In this document: piece by piece, positions 12,148 through 24,392 of the stretch
How the letters are laid out: each line of letters begins with the position of its first letter
Position numbering within the stretch: the first letter of the stretch is position 1
Source: Podarcis tiliguerta
Lineage: Eukaryota
NCBI GenBank assembly: GCA_965153285.1
Contig: OZ229116.1
DNA: 64,000 nucleotides
Strand: one strand, 5' to 3'
Program-made: the position numbers and the translations under genes
Notes under the pieces: model-generated
What the model saw: the letters and a program-made list of their open reading frames with translations, nothing else
The model's database searches: none
Told to the model about the DNA's origin: nothing

Positions 12148-12881
12148 CTTGCCATCTTGCCCATGGGGATGGACACTTTGGGAATTGCCAATGAGGAGGG
12201 CCATGGTGAAGTGTTAATTGTTGTATGGAACCACAATTTCAATTCTGCTTTCACCTGACTGTGGAAAAGCAGTGAAACAGGGTTGGAAATATGGCGGGGA
12301 AGTGTAAATCTAAATATCTCCAATCAGACCCTTGGCTTTTTAGTGTATACGAATTCATCAGTTAAGTGAATAGCAGAAGCTACGCCAGGCTTTCTGTTTA
12401 AGGGGAAGTATAATATAGGAGCACCTTTGCTGGCTCGAACTCAGCTTGAAAATCCATCATGGATGTGTAAGCTGCAGATGGAGATTTATACAACAGAAAA
12501 GATGCAAATCCTCACATTAATAATTCATAGAAAAATGTTATCAAAGAAAAAGGCAAATCTTTATCAAAGAAAAGGGCAAAGGAATCAGCACCATCTTAAA
12601 CATGCCTCATTTAGTTCAATGGGGATTATTCCCTGGTAAGAGGATTGCAGCCTTAGAGATATTTTTCTATTATTTCAGATAGATAGGATCATTACTGTGA
12701 TAATGTCTCGTGTAAGACGATAACAATGAACAACTCCACAAAAAGCAATTATTACTACATGCTTTATTAGAAAGGAAACTGTTTTTAGGGTCACGCAAAC
12801 CCAGAACATGGGGGGGAGAATTTGTTTGCCTCAAGTGTAGCAGCATTAAACACAGTGGAGCTGTGCAGAAAACACTTACCT

Positions 12882-13064
12882 CTGGCACTCGTCACAGTGT
12901 TCTGTTGCGCCAGAAGTGGCTTAGTCATGCTGGCCACATGACCCGGAAAGCTGTCTGTGGACAAACGCCAGCTCCCTCGGCCTGAGGCTAGATGAGCGCT
13001 GCACCCCAGCCTTTGACTGGTTTTAACCGTCCAGGGGTCCTTTACCTTACCTTTACCTTTACCT
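12882..13064 (+). mobile_element. Sauria SINE, 5'-truncated
   Basis: GGCTTAGTCATGCTGGCCACATGACCCGGAA body with (ACCTTT)n tail. Confidence 0.88.
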
Positions 13065-13814
13065 AATTCATTTAACAGGCACTTTGAAGCAGAAAGCATC
13101 ATAACAGCACTACCAAGGGTCAAACTGGACAGAAGGCCAGAGATCCATGTCTTTCTTTCATAAAAAGCCATTGTGGGGGCTGAGCCCATGCATTTTACTA
13201 ATAGGGATAAAGAGCAGCTTTTGGAGAAAGGTAGTTTTCAGCACAGGAAAAAGAGGTAACACCCCCTATGATGCAGTTCCTATCCTGTAGCTGGATCCTT
13301 TTTTAAAAAGGTGAAAGACACTGCAAGTGCCATTTGCAGAACTCCCGAATCACATTGAGTTTGACCCCAGGTTCAAGCAATTTTAATGCAGTTTTGCAAC
13401 ACTTAAGCTTATTTACATATCATTTTCAGACCATAGTTAGATGCTGCATCATCATCCTGCTCAAGGACAAAGGAGTTTGATCTATGACAAAAAGACAAGC
13501 TCAGAGACAGTGCAGAGATAAGTGTTTGTTATTTATATTGCAACAGTTTCTGTGCTGGATCCTTCCAGAGAGTTTATGTAATTAATTCTAAATAGTTCCT
13601 GATTTAATATAGAAATGCCTCTTGATGTCCTACTGTTCTCACAACACATTTGCAGAATGTTCTGGGAAACTACCGCATGCCATGACCCTGACAATGGTTC
13701 ATCTGCTTGAGCTGTAGGGCTAGATGAAACTGTCAAATGTTGTTTCTCTCAGTTTCTCAATTTTAAATTCATTTTTCCACATTTCTGCATCAGTCTGCAT
13801 CCTGGTGGTTTGAA

Positions 13815-14000
13815 CATGTGAATATAAGAATATGCCTTACACAGAGTCAGGACACTCGTTCATCTCATTTAGTACTATCTATTCTGACTGATGGTGTCTC
13901 TCCAAGATTTTACAGAGAGGTTTTTACCAACCTGGCTGCCTGAGATGGCATAGAGGGAACATAGGAACATCTACATTCAAAACATGTGCTTTATCACTTG
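13815..14000 (-). mobile_element. Degraded tRNA-Ala-type SINE (same family as 45512-45705; Squam2-like, name tentative)
   Basis: TGCCTTACACAGAGTCAG...CTGACTG...CTCTCCAAG...GAGATGGCA...GTGCTTTATCACT is the reverse complement of the family pattern. Confidence 0.6.
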
Positions 14001-14390
14001 GAATGCGTTCAGTAATATTTCAGCCTTAGGCTTTCTAAAACATTTTTTAGAAGTAATTTTTAAATTAATTTCAAAGAAGAGTGAGAATCTCAAAAACCAT
14101 CGGCAAAAGTGTGCATTTGTATCTTTGGCAGCTGAGTATTTAAAGTAAATACTCATGCTCATCTGTCAGACAACAGATGCAATTTCCTAGAACACTGGCA
14201 GAAGCTTGACTGTCATGCAATGGTGCTAGCACGAAAAAAATGCAATCACAGGAAGGATGATACTGTAGTTCCTGAACATCAGGCTTACGTCAGGCAGTGA
14301 TGCACTAGGATAAATTAGGCACGATCCTAAACTCAATCAGTAGCAGAGTCATGAAAAGAAAAAATAATACAGCCACCAAAGCAAATACCA

Positions 14391-14760
14391 GGGAGCAATC
14401 TGATGCTTGAAAAGCTGGTGGAAAGCAAGCTAGCGTAAACTAAGCTGGTGCAGTTACACCAGATCCAAACCCCATTAAAACACCTGAAAACAGTGTTCCA
14501 TGCTGGGTTGCCAGATCACATGACCCAGCTGAATGGGTTTATGATTCAACTCCCTGGTCCCACACCACCATCTTCCTGGACACACACACCCCCTCCCACT
14601 TTTTGGGACTTACAGACCAGCAAGTTATTCTGGTGTATCTTAGGCTGAGTCAAAGTTGGGGATGTAATGGCCACTGAGCTCTGCTGAATCAGCTAGCTTT
14701 ATCAGAGATCCTCTGTTTCTGAAGCTGATCTGGCAGATCTTGCCATAGAATTGCTTCTTT
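14391..14760 (+). mobile_element. Non-autonomous DNA transposon (PIF/Harbinger-like), same family as 26893-27323
   Basis: Shared blocks GGGAGCAATC, AGTTACACCAGATCCAAACCCCA, CCAGATCACATGAC, GAGTCAAAGTTGGG and GGCAGATCTTGCCATAGAATTGC. Confidence 0.65.
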
Positions 14761-15483
14761 AATGTAGCCATAAAGACTACAAATAAAATAGCACTGGCAG
14801 TCAGTTCCACAGTATTCCAAAAACTCTGCCACTGCCCAATATTAGCCACACACAGAGCAACAGACATAGTGATGGCTGAGTGACCTCATGGCCGTGGGTG
14901 TGACTGGGGGAGAGAACCCAGAGCTTGAAACTAAAATATATTCAAGTTAATGACTTGTGAGCTAACCTTAAAGACCTGGCTTTTCCATGTTGTGCCTGCA
15001 AGGCTCAAGGCTGCATGTGCATCTACGAATTCTTCCTCTTTTGCCAATTTCTTTGAAAAGAAACAAGAAGTTTCAGATCACAAAGACACCCCAACATTCC
15101 CCCAACTAATCAGGGTCTTTTTTGTTCTAAGAAATTAACTGAATTGACCCTTTTCTCTGTCAGAACAATCAGAAACACTTCTTCCAGCCAAGCACCTGCA
15201 CATGGCGTCACTCAGCCATTCAGGTGAGCAAGAATGAAAGACAATGTCACAAAATGGGCAAGATGAAATGGCAAATAGAAAGAATGGTTTGCTAAATTGA
15301 GATGTGAACCCCACAGAACATAATTTTGACAGACAGACATACCCTCAATGTTAGTCTTTTTATATTGATATTGCCTCATAATGTATCAGCCTACTTACTT
15401 GGCAAAAGACACTTCATTCTGTAGAAGTACTCTACTGTCCTTATGACCAGATTGTCAGCAGTGTACATAATCATCCCACTATC

Positions 15484-15625
15484 AAAGGGACGGGAAACCT
15501 ACAGCCTTCCAGATGTCACTGGACTCCAACTCCCAACAGCCTCAAGCAGCATATCCAATGGTCAGGGTATGATGAAAGTTTTAGTCCAGAAACATCTGGA
15601 GGACCACAGGATCCCTATTCCTGCA
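15484..15625. mobile_element. Palindromic hAT-type MITE
   Basis: CCTTCCAGATGTCACTGGACTCCAACTCCCA...AGTCCAGAAACATCTGGAGGACCAC fold-back. Confidence 0.7.
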
Positions 15626-16676
15626 CTATCATTTTTGAGTTGTCTTGAACCCAGTCATACCCAGAGCACAACCACTGAAATCAATTGACTTAAGTTAGTC
15701 ATGTCTGTTTATTTCAGTGAGTTTACCTTGAGTATAACAAACTCAACTGTTTGAAGACTTTTAACAGAGTTTCAAACACCTGGAAAAATCTACTCAACCA
15801 CAAATAACAACAGAATTAAGCTACATCAAAACAACAAGCAATAAATAAATAATTTCACAGGCAACAATAAAGATGATAAAGTTACTCGTCACTTTGTTAA
15901 AATTACTCATTGTCCGCAGCTTCAAAAATATCCCAAAATAGAATCCTAATTTAGAATCCAATTTTGCAATATTGTTCTTTTGTGAACCAGATTAGTGCCT
16001 GGATTTAAGTGGATGCAATGCTGTTGGTATTTGTGAAGACATATTTTGATTCTCTGCCTTTTATAGTCAATGATGCCTTTCCTATAGCCTTGAAAAATTA
16101 TGTCCTCACAGGCCTTTCATTAGCATGTCTATTTCAAAAGGTCACTCCTACACATTGTGTCACAAGACCAATTTAATTCAGTCCTTTCATAGCAAAATTA
16201 CTGCTTTCACATATTTAGCAGGAAAATATGCTTTATCTCTAAGACTCCTTCTAGATGAGTCATTGTTGATATTATTATTAAACTAAATATAAACAATTTA
16301 TTGGGGAGAGAAGTTTGAGATGAGAATAGCTGATGTATGATGGAGCCTGCTGAAGAATATTAGGTCAAAAGGCAAAGCAAGGAATGGTCTCTGAGAAGCA
16401 TTAAGAGGTTCCCAAAGAAGACTAAGAAAGTTTCCCTACTGTGATCAATTAATGAGTTCCTCAATAATCCATTGGCTGGAGAGGTACATACCACATGATT
16501 GTTCATAAGTTTCCATCTGTGACATGACTTGCCACCATGGAAATGCATATAAGAATAGCTAATTTCCACAGGTTTAGATTTCATATTGCTAAAGCAATTT
16601 TGGAGGAAATAAACCTGCTTGCAGGAATAACAGTCAGACTTAAATTCCAAGGCCTGATTAAACTGGTTTGATACTA

Positions 16677-16910
16677 CAGTGGTACCTCGGGTTACATACG
16701 TTTCAGGTTACAAACGCTTCAGAAACGCTAACCCAGAAATAGTACCTTGGGTTAAGAACTTTGTTTCAGGATGAGAACCAAAATCGTGCTCCGATGGTGC
16801 AGCAGCAGCAGGAGGCCCCATTAGCTAAAGTGGTGCTTCAGATTAAGAACAGTTTCAAGTTAAGAACGGACCTCCAGAACGAATAAAGTACTTAACTTGA
16901 GGTACCACTG
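16677..16910. mobile_element. Tc1/mariner-superfamily (Tigger/pogo-like) MITE
   Basis: TIRs CAGTGGTACCTC...GAGGTACCACTG with TA duplication on both sides. Further copies at 19824, 40380 and 59047. Confidence 0.92.
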
Positions 16911-17567
16911 TATCTGTTTACATATTTCTAAGCTTAATTGTGCTTTAGTATTCACCTTAAAGTACAATTCTTACCATGCTCTTTGCTGACACATCCCTAA
17001 ACTTGAAGATTTATTTCAGTGATCACCCTGAGTCTTTCATGTCCATCATTGTTTTTTTTTAAAAATGAAACTATGCTCACCTGTTACTGCTAGTGCTACT
17101 TATGAAAAATATTACAGTTAACATCACAAAACAACCTACTTCAGAAATTCAGAAATCCTACAAAAAGGGTGTAGGACACCAGAAACCCATGCATCAACAT
17201 GCCTCCTCCAACACCTGTCCCACCCTATGACTTTTGACCTTTCCATGTTTAGTGCATAGTCCTGAAGGGAGCTTGTAATTATTTGTTGTAAGGAGAATTC
17301 TAAGCACACTCGACTGAAGATGCATAAAAAACCCTTTCAGATCTTCCTGCTCAAGGTGCAAAAGTCAGGGTGGAGTGCGTGTGCCCTTCATGCGGAGGGA
17401 CATTGTGGCTGGAGCAGTGCAAATCCTTGTAGTCCCTCACATACACTTTTTGCCCTTGCTTCTTGATGCTACATGCCTGAAGAGGGCTATTGTGTTTCCT
17501 TTCTAAATCCTCATTAAAAACAGAGACGGAGGATAAATCATAATTAAATCCAGAGGCTAAAGATAAG

Positions 17568-17781
17568 AAGACTCCCTGCAAAAGACCCTGATGTTGGGAA
17601 AGATTGAGGGCACAAGGAGAAGGGGACGACAGAGGACAAGATGGTTGGACAGTGTTCTCGAAGCTAGCAGCATGAGTTTGACCAAGCTGCAGGAGGCAGT
17701 GGAAGACAGGAGTGCCTGGCGTGCTCTGGTCCATGGGGTCACGAAGAGTCGGACACGACTAAACAGCTAAACAACAACAAC
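17568..17781 (+). mobile_element. Bov-B (RTE) LINE 3' fragment
   Basis: AAGACCCTGATGTTGGGAAAGATTGAGGGC...GGTCCATGGGGTCACGAAGAGTCGGACACGACT plus (CAA)n tail. TSD AAAGATAAG at 17559-17567 and 17782-17790. Confidence 0.92.
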
Positions 17782-17790
17782 AAAGATAAG

Positions 17791-19465
17791 GAAGTTACAG
17801 AAATCACAGAAAAACTCCTTTGTGTCTGTTTTCTGTGCAGAAGATATAGGGCAGATAGTTGTGCCTGCCCCAAACTGACTTATTTTAAGATGAACTGAAG
17901 CAAATACTTGTGACACGAGGTGAAGTTCACAATTTAAATGTTAACAAATCACTGGGTCCAGATGGCATTCATTTGAGAGTTCTTGAAGAACTCAAATATG
18001 AAACTGCTGATGTTTTAAACAAAAATACGTACCCTGTCCCTTAGAGCAGCCCCTGTACCAAAGGACTATAAAGACAACACAATGCCATTTTTTTAAAAAA
18101 GAGCCAGGAACAATCCAAGAAATAAAGGCTTTTCATACCTCTTCTAGGTGGATTGATGGAAAGCGTTAAGAAAGATAAAGCATTAGTGAAGCATACAGAA
18201 GAATGTACCGTATTTTGCTGAGGAACATTCAATGCAGTTTCTGCTAAGTTAAATCCTGTCTCACTTACTTTTTGGAATTCCTTGAGCATTTCAGAAAGCA
18301 TATGGATAGGGGTAATATGGTAGGCATTGTGTACTTGGACTTTCAAAGAACTTTTGACAAAGTCATTCACCGAAGGCTTCTGAGTAAGCAGTCATTGGAT
18401 AGGTTGACAGGTCCTATTACGCATCAGTAACTAGTTAAAGAACAGGAAGCAGAGCGTAGGAGTAAATTGGCAGCTCCTATAATAGGGGGGGGGGTCTTCA
18501 AGATATCTATAGTAGGACCAGTGCTTTTCAGCTTGTTCATAAATGATTCATAGTTAGGGGTGGGCAGAGAGATTGGTCAGATTTCCTGATGACACCAGAT
18601 GATTCAGAGTGGTAAAAAAAATTTATAAGAGTCCTAAAGGCATTTCTCCAGTTTGGATGAATGGGCATTAAAATGGTAAATGTGGTTCAATATAAGTAAG
18701 TGTAAAGTGATGTGCAGTGGGGGGGGGGGGGATAAATAAATCCTAATTTCTCATATATACTGATTGTGTCTGAGCTGGTGGTTACTGACCCAGAAAGAGA
18801 TCTTGGAGTCATGATGGATAGCTCAATGAAAACAACAACGCAGTGTGCAGCAGCTGTGAAAAAGGTGAATTCCATGTTAGGGATCATTAGGAAAGGGATT
18901 AAGAATAACACTGCCAGTATCATAATGCCTTTATGTGAATCTATGGTGCAGCCCTACTTGGAATACTGTGCACAGGTCTGGCTACTGCATGTCAAAAAGG
19001 ATATTGTAGAGCTGGACAGGTTGCAGGAAAGGGCAACCAAAATGATCAGGGGACTGGACTAACTCTATGAGGAAAGTTTACAAGATTTGTTTATGTATAT
19101 ATATATTGATCTCAAGATGGTAGTTAATGGGGACACGCCAAAGGAAGGACTTCTTCATTCAGTACATTGTTAAACTGTGGAAATGTCTACCACAGTGTGT
19201 AATGATGGCCATCAACTGGTGGTGTATTTAAAGAGGATTGTACAGTTTCATGGAAAATAAGGCTATCAAGAGCTATTAGTCAGGACAGCTATATTCAACC
19301 CCCAGTAGGGCTTTGAAATGCTGGTTGCTGGGGAACAATGGTGTAAGTGGACCACTGACCTCATGTCTCACTTTGGGGCTTCCCATGGGGATCTAGGTGA
19401 CCACTCAGGGGGAAACATGCTGCATTAAATAGGCCTTGGTCTGATCCAGCAGGATTCTTCTTAAA
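17791..19465 (+). mobile_element. Degraded CR1 LINE (RT region to 3' UTR)
   Basis: ORF 18766-19062 (ERDLGVMMDSSM...QCAAAVKKVNSMLGIIRKGI...PYLEYCAQVW) is the CR1 ORF2 C-terminal motif. Upstream GGTCCAGATGGCATTCAT (PGPDGIH-like) and TACTTGGACTTTCAAAG (YLDFQ). Multiple frameshifts and stops. Confidence 0.88.
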
Positions 19466-19823
19466 TTGTTAACAAACATCATTTAAAAATTCACAAAGCC
19501 CATTAGTAACTAATGGCACTTGGACAAGGGAAAGCCATAACGAACAGTTAAGAGTACATTCCACACATTCTTACCTTTCTAGGACTGTGCAGTAGCAAAC
19601 ACAGAAAAGATAAAGTTCATCTATAGTACATTTGATAAGCAAATGCATGCATTGCTATGTGTGTTGTGTATAACTATCTGCATTGACAGATTAGCCCTCT
19701 TGGTTGATTGTTTGGTTTTATTACTATACCACTTTTCATCCAAGGATCACAGGGTGGTTTACAATTTAGCTCAAAGTTTCCTCACTCTAGTTACAGGAAG
19801 TTTCTTTCAGTGCTTTGGAAGTA

Positions 19824-20049
19824 CAGTGGTACCTCAGGTTACAGACGCTTCAGGTTACAGACTCCGCTAACCCAGAAATAGTACCTCGGGTTAAGAACTT
19901 TGCTTCAGGATGAGAACAGAAATTGTGGTCCGGCAGCGTGGCGGCAGAGGGAGGCCCCATTAGCTAAAGTGGTACCTCAGGTTAAGAACAGTTTCAGGTT
20001 AAGAACAGACCTCCAGAACGAATTAAGTTCTTAACCTGAGGTATCACTG
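19824..20049. mobile_element. Tc1/mariner (Tigger-like) MITE
   Basis: CAGTGGTACCTCAGGTTA...TAACCTGAGGTATCACTG, TA-flanked. Confidence 0.92.
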
Positions 20050-21370
20050 TACAGCAAAGTTAGAAGAAAGCAGCCCTATAAGGTGTCTGAGCAGGACATC
20101 CTGTACCGCTAAAATGAACTATGCTTACCTTTCTTCCTGGGGAGAAGGCCAACGCAAAACCAAGCAGATGAATTCTCATGGACGGACTTGCCATTGCCAA
20201 CTATGTGTCAGAAATAATTAGCATGACAGAAAAGAAACGTCTCCCTGACATTAGGGGGCAGGTAGAGGATAGTGCGACAAAGAACCCTCGAGTTAGCAGT
20301 TGCTAATATATCATTCCCTCACTTTTAGCATTTTCCTTTATAAGCATTATAATTTCTAAGACATGTATTTCTAGTGGACTAGCAGCAGTGTGCTTTTGCT
20401 TTGATTTATTATTATTATTATTATTAACTAGAAATATGGTGACAAAGGTAGTCACAATTTCAACCCTGTTGAAAGACATCAAGACATTTATTTCAGATAT
20501 TGCTCCATTCAAGAAAAAGGATAGAACTTGTTCACTCCATATAACTAACTTGATGTACAACATTCTAGCAGTAGGAACAAAGCTTTCTTCTCTGTATGGT
20601 TTTGTCTATTAAAGTTATGTCACATGCTTTCTCTTAACAAGGAGTGCCTATTGTCACTGAGAAGTAGGTCAGGGCCTAGTTTAGGTGTGAGACAGGTAAC
20701 AGGATTCCCAGAATGGTTCTCAAGTAACTGGGCATTCTACTTGACTAATAATGTTTCCATTATAAATTTACTGGCAGCCTCATACCTGGTGTTGCTTGAC
20801 CATTCTATGAAACAAACAAAAATCAGTGCAGCTTTGAAAGTTTCAGTCCACCATCTTGATTCAAAATGATATCAAATAGTACCTAAACAAAGTCAAAAAG
20901 CTGGTTGTTGGTCTTAGCATCATGCAAAATTTGGTTATGATATTCGAATTGCATAGGAAACAACTCTCCAAAATATGAGGTAGATTATTTTCAAAATAGC
21001 TAACAATCCGTCCCCTAGCTTGAATAATGACAAGCATGGAATCTTTTCTGATTCCTCTAAGCTAGGTATATCTGTGATTTTTGACTAGATAGAAGCAGCC
21101 AGCTAGCCATTTATAACCAGTGAGTGGTTGGCTAACTTCTCATCATTCATGGAGGGTTTTCTAGCTGTCACAAAAGAAGGAAGCTTTCTGCCAGATCCCT
21201 TTTTCTGTCACTGTATCTAAGAACCAATCAAATATTCTAGCAAAGGCGAAAGGTGTTATTTTATTTTATCCTGTATCGCGTTCACAAGGCACATCACAAA
21301 AAAGGACATGCACCACCAAAGTACAATTAACAATAGAATCCAGATAAAAATACAATTAGATAGATAAAGT

Positions 21371-21729
21371 GGGACCCAGGTGGCGCTGTGGGTAAAAGCC
21401 TCAGTGCCTAGGGCTTGCCGATCGAAAGGTCGGCGGTTCGAATCCCTGCGGCGGGGTGCGCTCCCGTCGTTCGGTCCCAGCGCCTGCCAACCTAGCAGTT
21501 CGAAAGCACCCTTGGGTGCAAGTAGATAAATAGGGACCGCTTACTGGAGGGAAGGTAAACGGCGTTTCCGTGTGCTGCGCTGGCTCAGCAGATGCAGCTT
21601 TGTCACGCTGGCCACGTGACCCGGAAGTGTCTCCGGACAGAGCTGGCCACCGGCCTCTTGAGTGAGATGCGCGCACAACTCTAGAGTCTGTCAAGACTGG
21701 CCCGTACGGGCAGGGGTACCTTTACCTTT
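21371..21729 (+). mobile_element. Sauria SINE, full length and young (CpG-rich)
   Basis: GGGACCCAGGTGGCGCTGTGGG head, B box GGTTCGAATCC, ACCTTT tail. TSD TTAGATAGATAAAGT / TTAGATGGATAAAGT. Confidence 0.95.
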
Positions 21730-24344
21730 AGATGGATAAAGTTAGATAGGTGTTGTTATTTCCTTTCATAGGGTCATGTCAGACAACCTGCTGTGTGATT
21801 TTTTATCTGTTAAGGGAGGAGGCCCCACCCATTTGCCACCTCACACCAAACCCATTAATTACCCTTAATGGTTCATCACCCAGGCTATCAGCTCATAGGA
21901 AGCTAGCTGGGCTTGATTAGATTTTAGCACTTGATGGATCCAGAGATTAAAGGGGGTCTGGCACTGAGTTTATCATTGATTAAATTCTAACATTTTTGGA
22001 TCCAGGGATTAATGAGAGCGCCCCAAACTCATAACACTATCTTTCTGTGTGTAGAACATATGTTGTCTTGTCTGCATTTAAGAGTTTTATAAAAAGATCT
22101 GTGTGCACGGCAGCTTCTTAAAAATCATGTAAATAGCATCCAGCAGCTGCTGCATGATTTTTTTCTCTCCACAGGTCACTGTTAAAGGCATGTCTGCAAT
22201 TTTCTCTTTCCTCCATCAGCTCCTAAGCACTTGCTAAGTATCTTCATTACTTTCCAACATCCCATGAAATAGAAAGACATTCCGTTAACTCAGCTAATCT
22301 CAGTGTTCGACTTACCTTTTAGATAGTGCAAAGCAACACAGAAGGCTGTTAAGTATCTATTGTTAATTAGCCGACTGCAGGAGGGAAAAAATAAACCAAA
22401 TGGACCTTTCTGTTGTTTAGCCCACAGAAACATTATCATACAGTTGTCTTTCATTCACTGTGCTGCCTCTGCAGAAGCAGTCAATTAACAAGCTCAAAAT
22501 TGTACAGAAGTGCCAATAGCAGAGTTGGCACTGGCTCCTTGCTACAATACAATATGACAATTTAGGGCTTTGGTCAAACATTGCTTGCAAAAACCAGGAG
22601 GAGTCTGGGGTCTTTGAGCCAGGACCATGGACAGCTCCATAACAGCAATTGTTTCCATTATTTGTAATGGAAGTGAACCAGAACAAACCAGATTTTCCTT
22701 CCTAGTGCTTTGACAAGAAGAAATTTACTCTCTGTTCATGCCTAAGTTTTCCCCCCCTATTGAAAAGGGAATTCCTTATTTAATAGGGCCAATGTAAAAC
22801 AAAGGTGGCCCACCCATCATCCCAGAACAGTACAGGTACCCAAGGTTGAAGAGAACTCCTTTCTAGGGTTCATTCTGAATAGGACTCAAGGAAGAAGCAA
22901 CTGATAACAGGAAAACAAACAGCACTTCACCTTCACTGTAGTAATGAGGGGACAGGGTTAGTGAAGTAACTGTCTTCATTCAAGGCCTCTACTTATTTGG
23001 GGAGCAAATATTTCACAAACTCCTTTCCCTTTGCAAAGTGTGCCCATGTGAAATTTAACTGATTATTCAAGGGAGGCTCAAAAATGAGTAGTTTGCACAC
23101 AGCTCGCCCCCCCCCCCCATCATGTTCTCCACCCAACAGGGGCACAAAAAATAGTCTCTCCACAGTACTCCCTAGGTAAATGGTGGCAGCAATCCTACAC
23201 CCTTAGGTAGTAATGCTTTTTCACGCAACCAAATCCCAATGGCTATGTGACATCTCCACTGTTGACACTAATGCATCAGTTTATTTCAGCTGTGAACACC
23301 ATAAACAAGCACAATGCAAATAAGGAATTGAGGAGATTCAGTAAACATTTTAGCACCCCCAAAAACAATTTCCCCAAGAACCATCTCAACTTTGCTCTGT
23401 GTGTTCTGCTGCTTCTAGAAGTGCCTATAGCCCTCTTCAGGGTTACACTGTGAGCACATGAAAGCCCCACCCCAAAGTCCCCATTCTTCCTGAGACCTTC
23501 CGACACTAATCAAGAAGGTCGGAATGGGGATTGTAAGCAATTTCGGTTGATTGTGCATATAATCCTCTCTGCAGTTGGGAACCCTGCACGATCAAATTCC
23601 GCTTTTAATACATAGTTATAAGATGGCTGTGATAGAAGGAATCATGGTTCACTAACAAGTGATGGGCATGAAAGAAACGATGAGGTCTTTCCTTGTGATA
23701 ACATTTCGTCCACGGTGAGTAAATTGAAAAAGCAAGAGGTGCATGCAAACATTTCAAATGTGAGAAATATTCTGCCTGACTGGAGTTATCACATGCAGTG
23801 AGATGCAAATTAAGGCTCAGTAGCAGATACTGAATACTCAGCTTTTCTCTTTTCTGCATAAAAAATGGATTGCATTTTGGCTGTGGTTTAGTAGATTTGC
23901 ATATTTCAGCTTCCATGATTGTTCACTAGAGTTTTACAATGTCATTTCTCCTCCATGCCCGCTGTTGGCTTTAGCGCTAGGCAAAGACTATCATGTTGAA
24001 AATCTGTTCCTTCCTTGATGTAGCTGCCAAATGGGCCCTTAGTTCATTGAAAATCAAATTGTGCGGTGTTTTCTTTGTGGCACTGCTGTGGCCATGCTAT
24101 CATCCCATATTTATAATGCTTCCTGCATTATTGCTCCCTGCTTTCAATTGCACAGGTGCTATGAATATCTGTTTTTATTTTGTCTCGGCTCCACAAGCAA
24201 CCGAGAAGTGTTGCTTATAAATTTGAAAATAGTGACAGAAGAGTATATATATATATATATATATATTTGCTTTCGTAGATTTTCACGGGTACAGGAATGC
24301 CGGTTTTGGTGTCCTCGGGTGTCTTCCCGTGTAAAAGTTGGGGT

Positions 24345-24392
24345 GTCTAGGCGACGTTTCGACGAGGTCTCACTCGTCATCTTCAGGCTGGT
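24345..24392 (-). ncRNA. Minimal type-I hammerhead ribozyme motif in the Penelope pLTR
   Basis: Minus strand: CUGAAGA-U-[GACGAG ugagac CUCGUC]-GAAA-CGUC. Hammerheads in Penelope pLTRs are established. Stem I pairing is weak here. Confidence 0.7.

Noticed and set aside
21777-22012. Possible second solo LTR (TGTCAGA...TCTAACA) with an internal GGATCCAG.GATTAA repeat
   Set aside because: No matching TSD and no canonical AATAAA; insufficient support.
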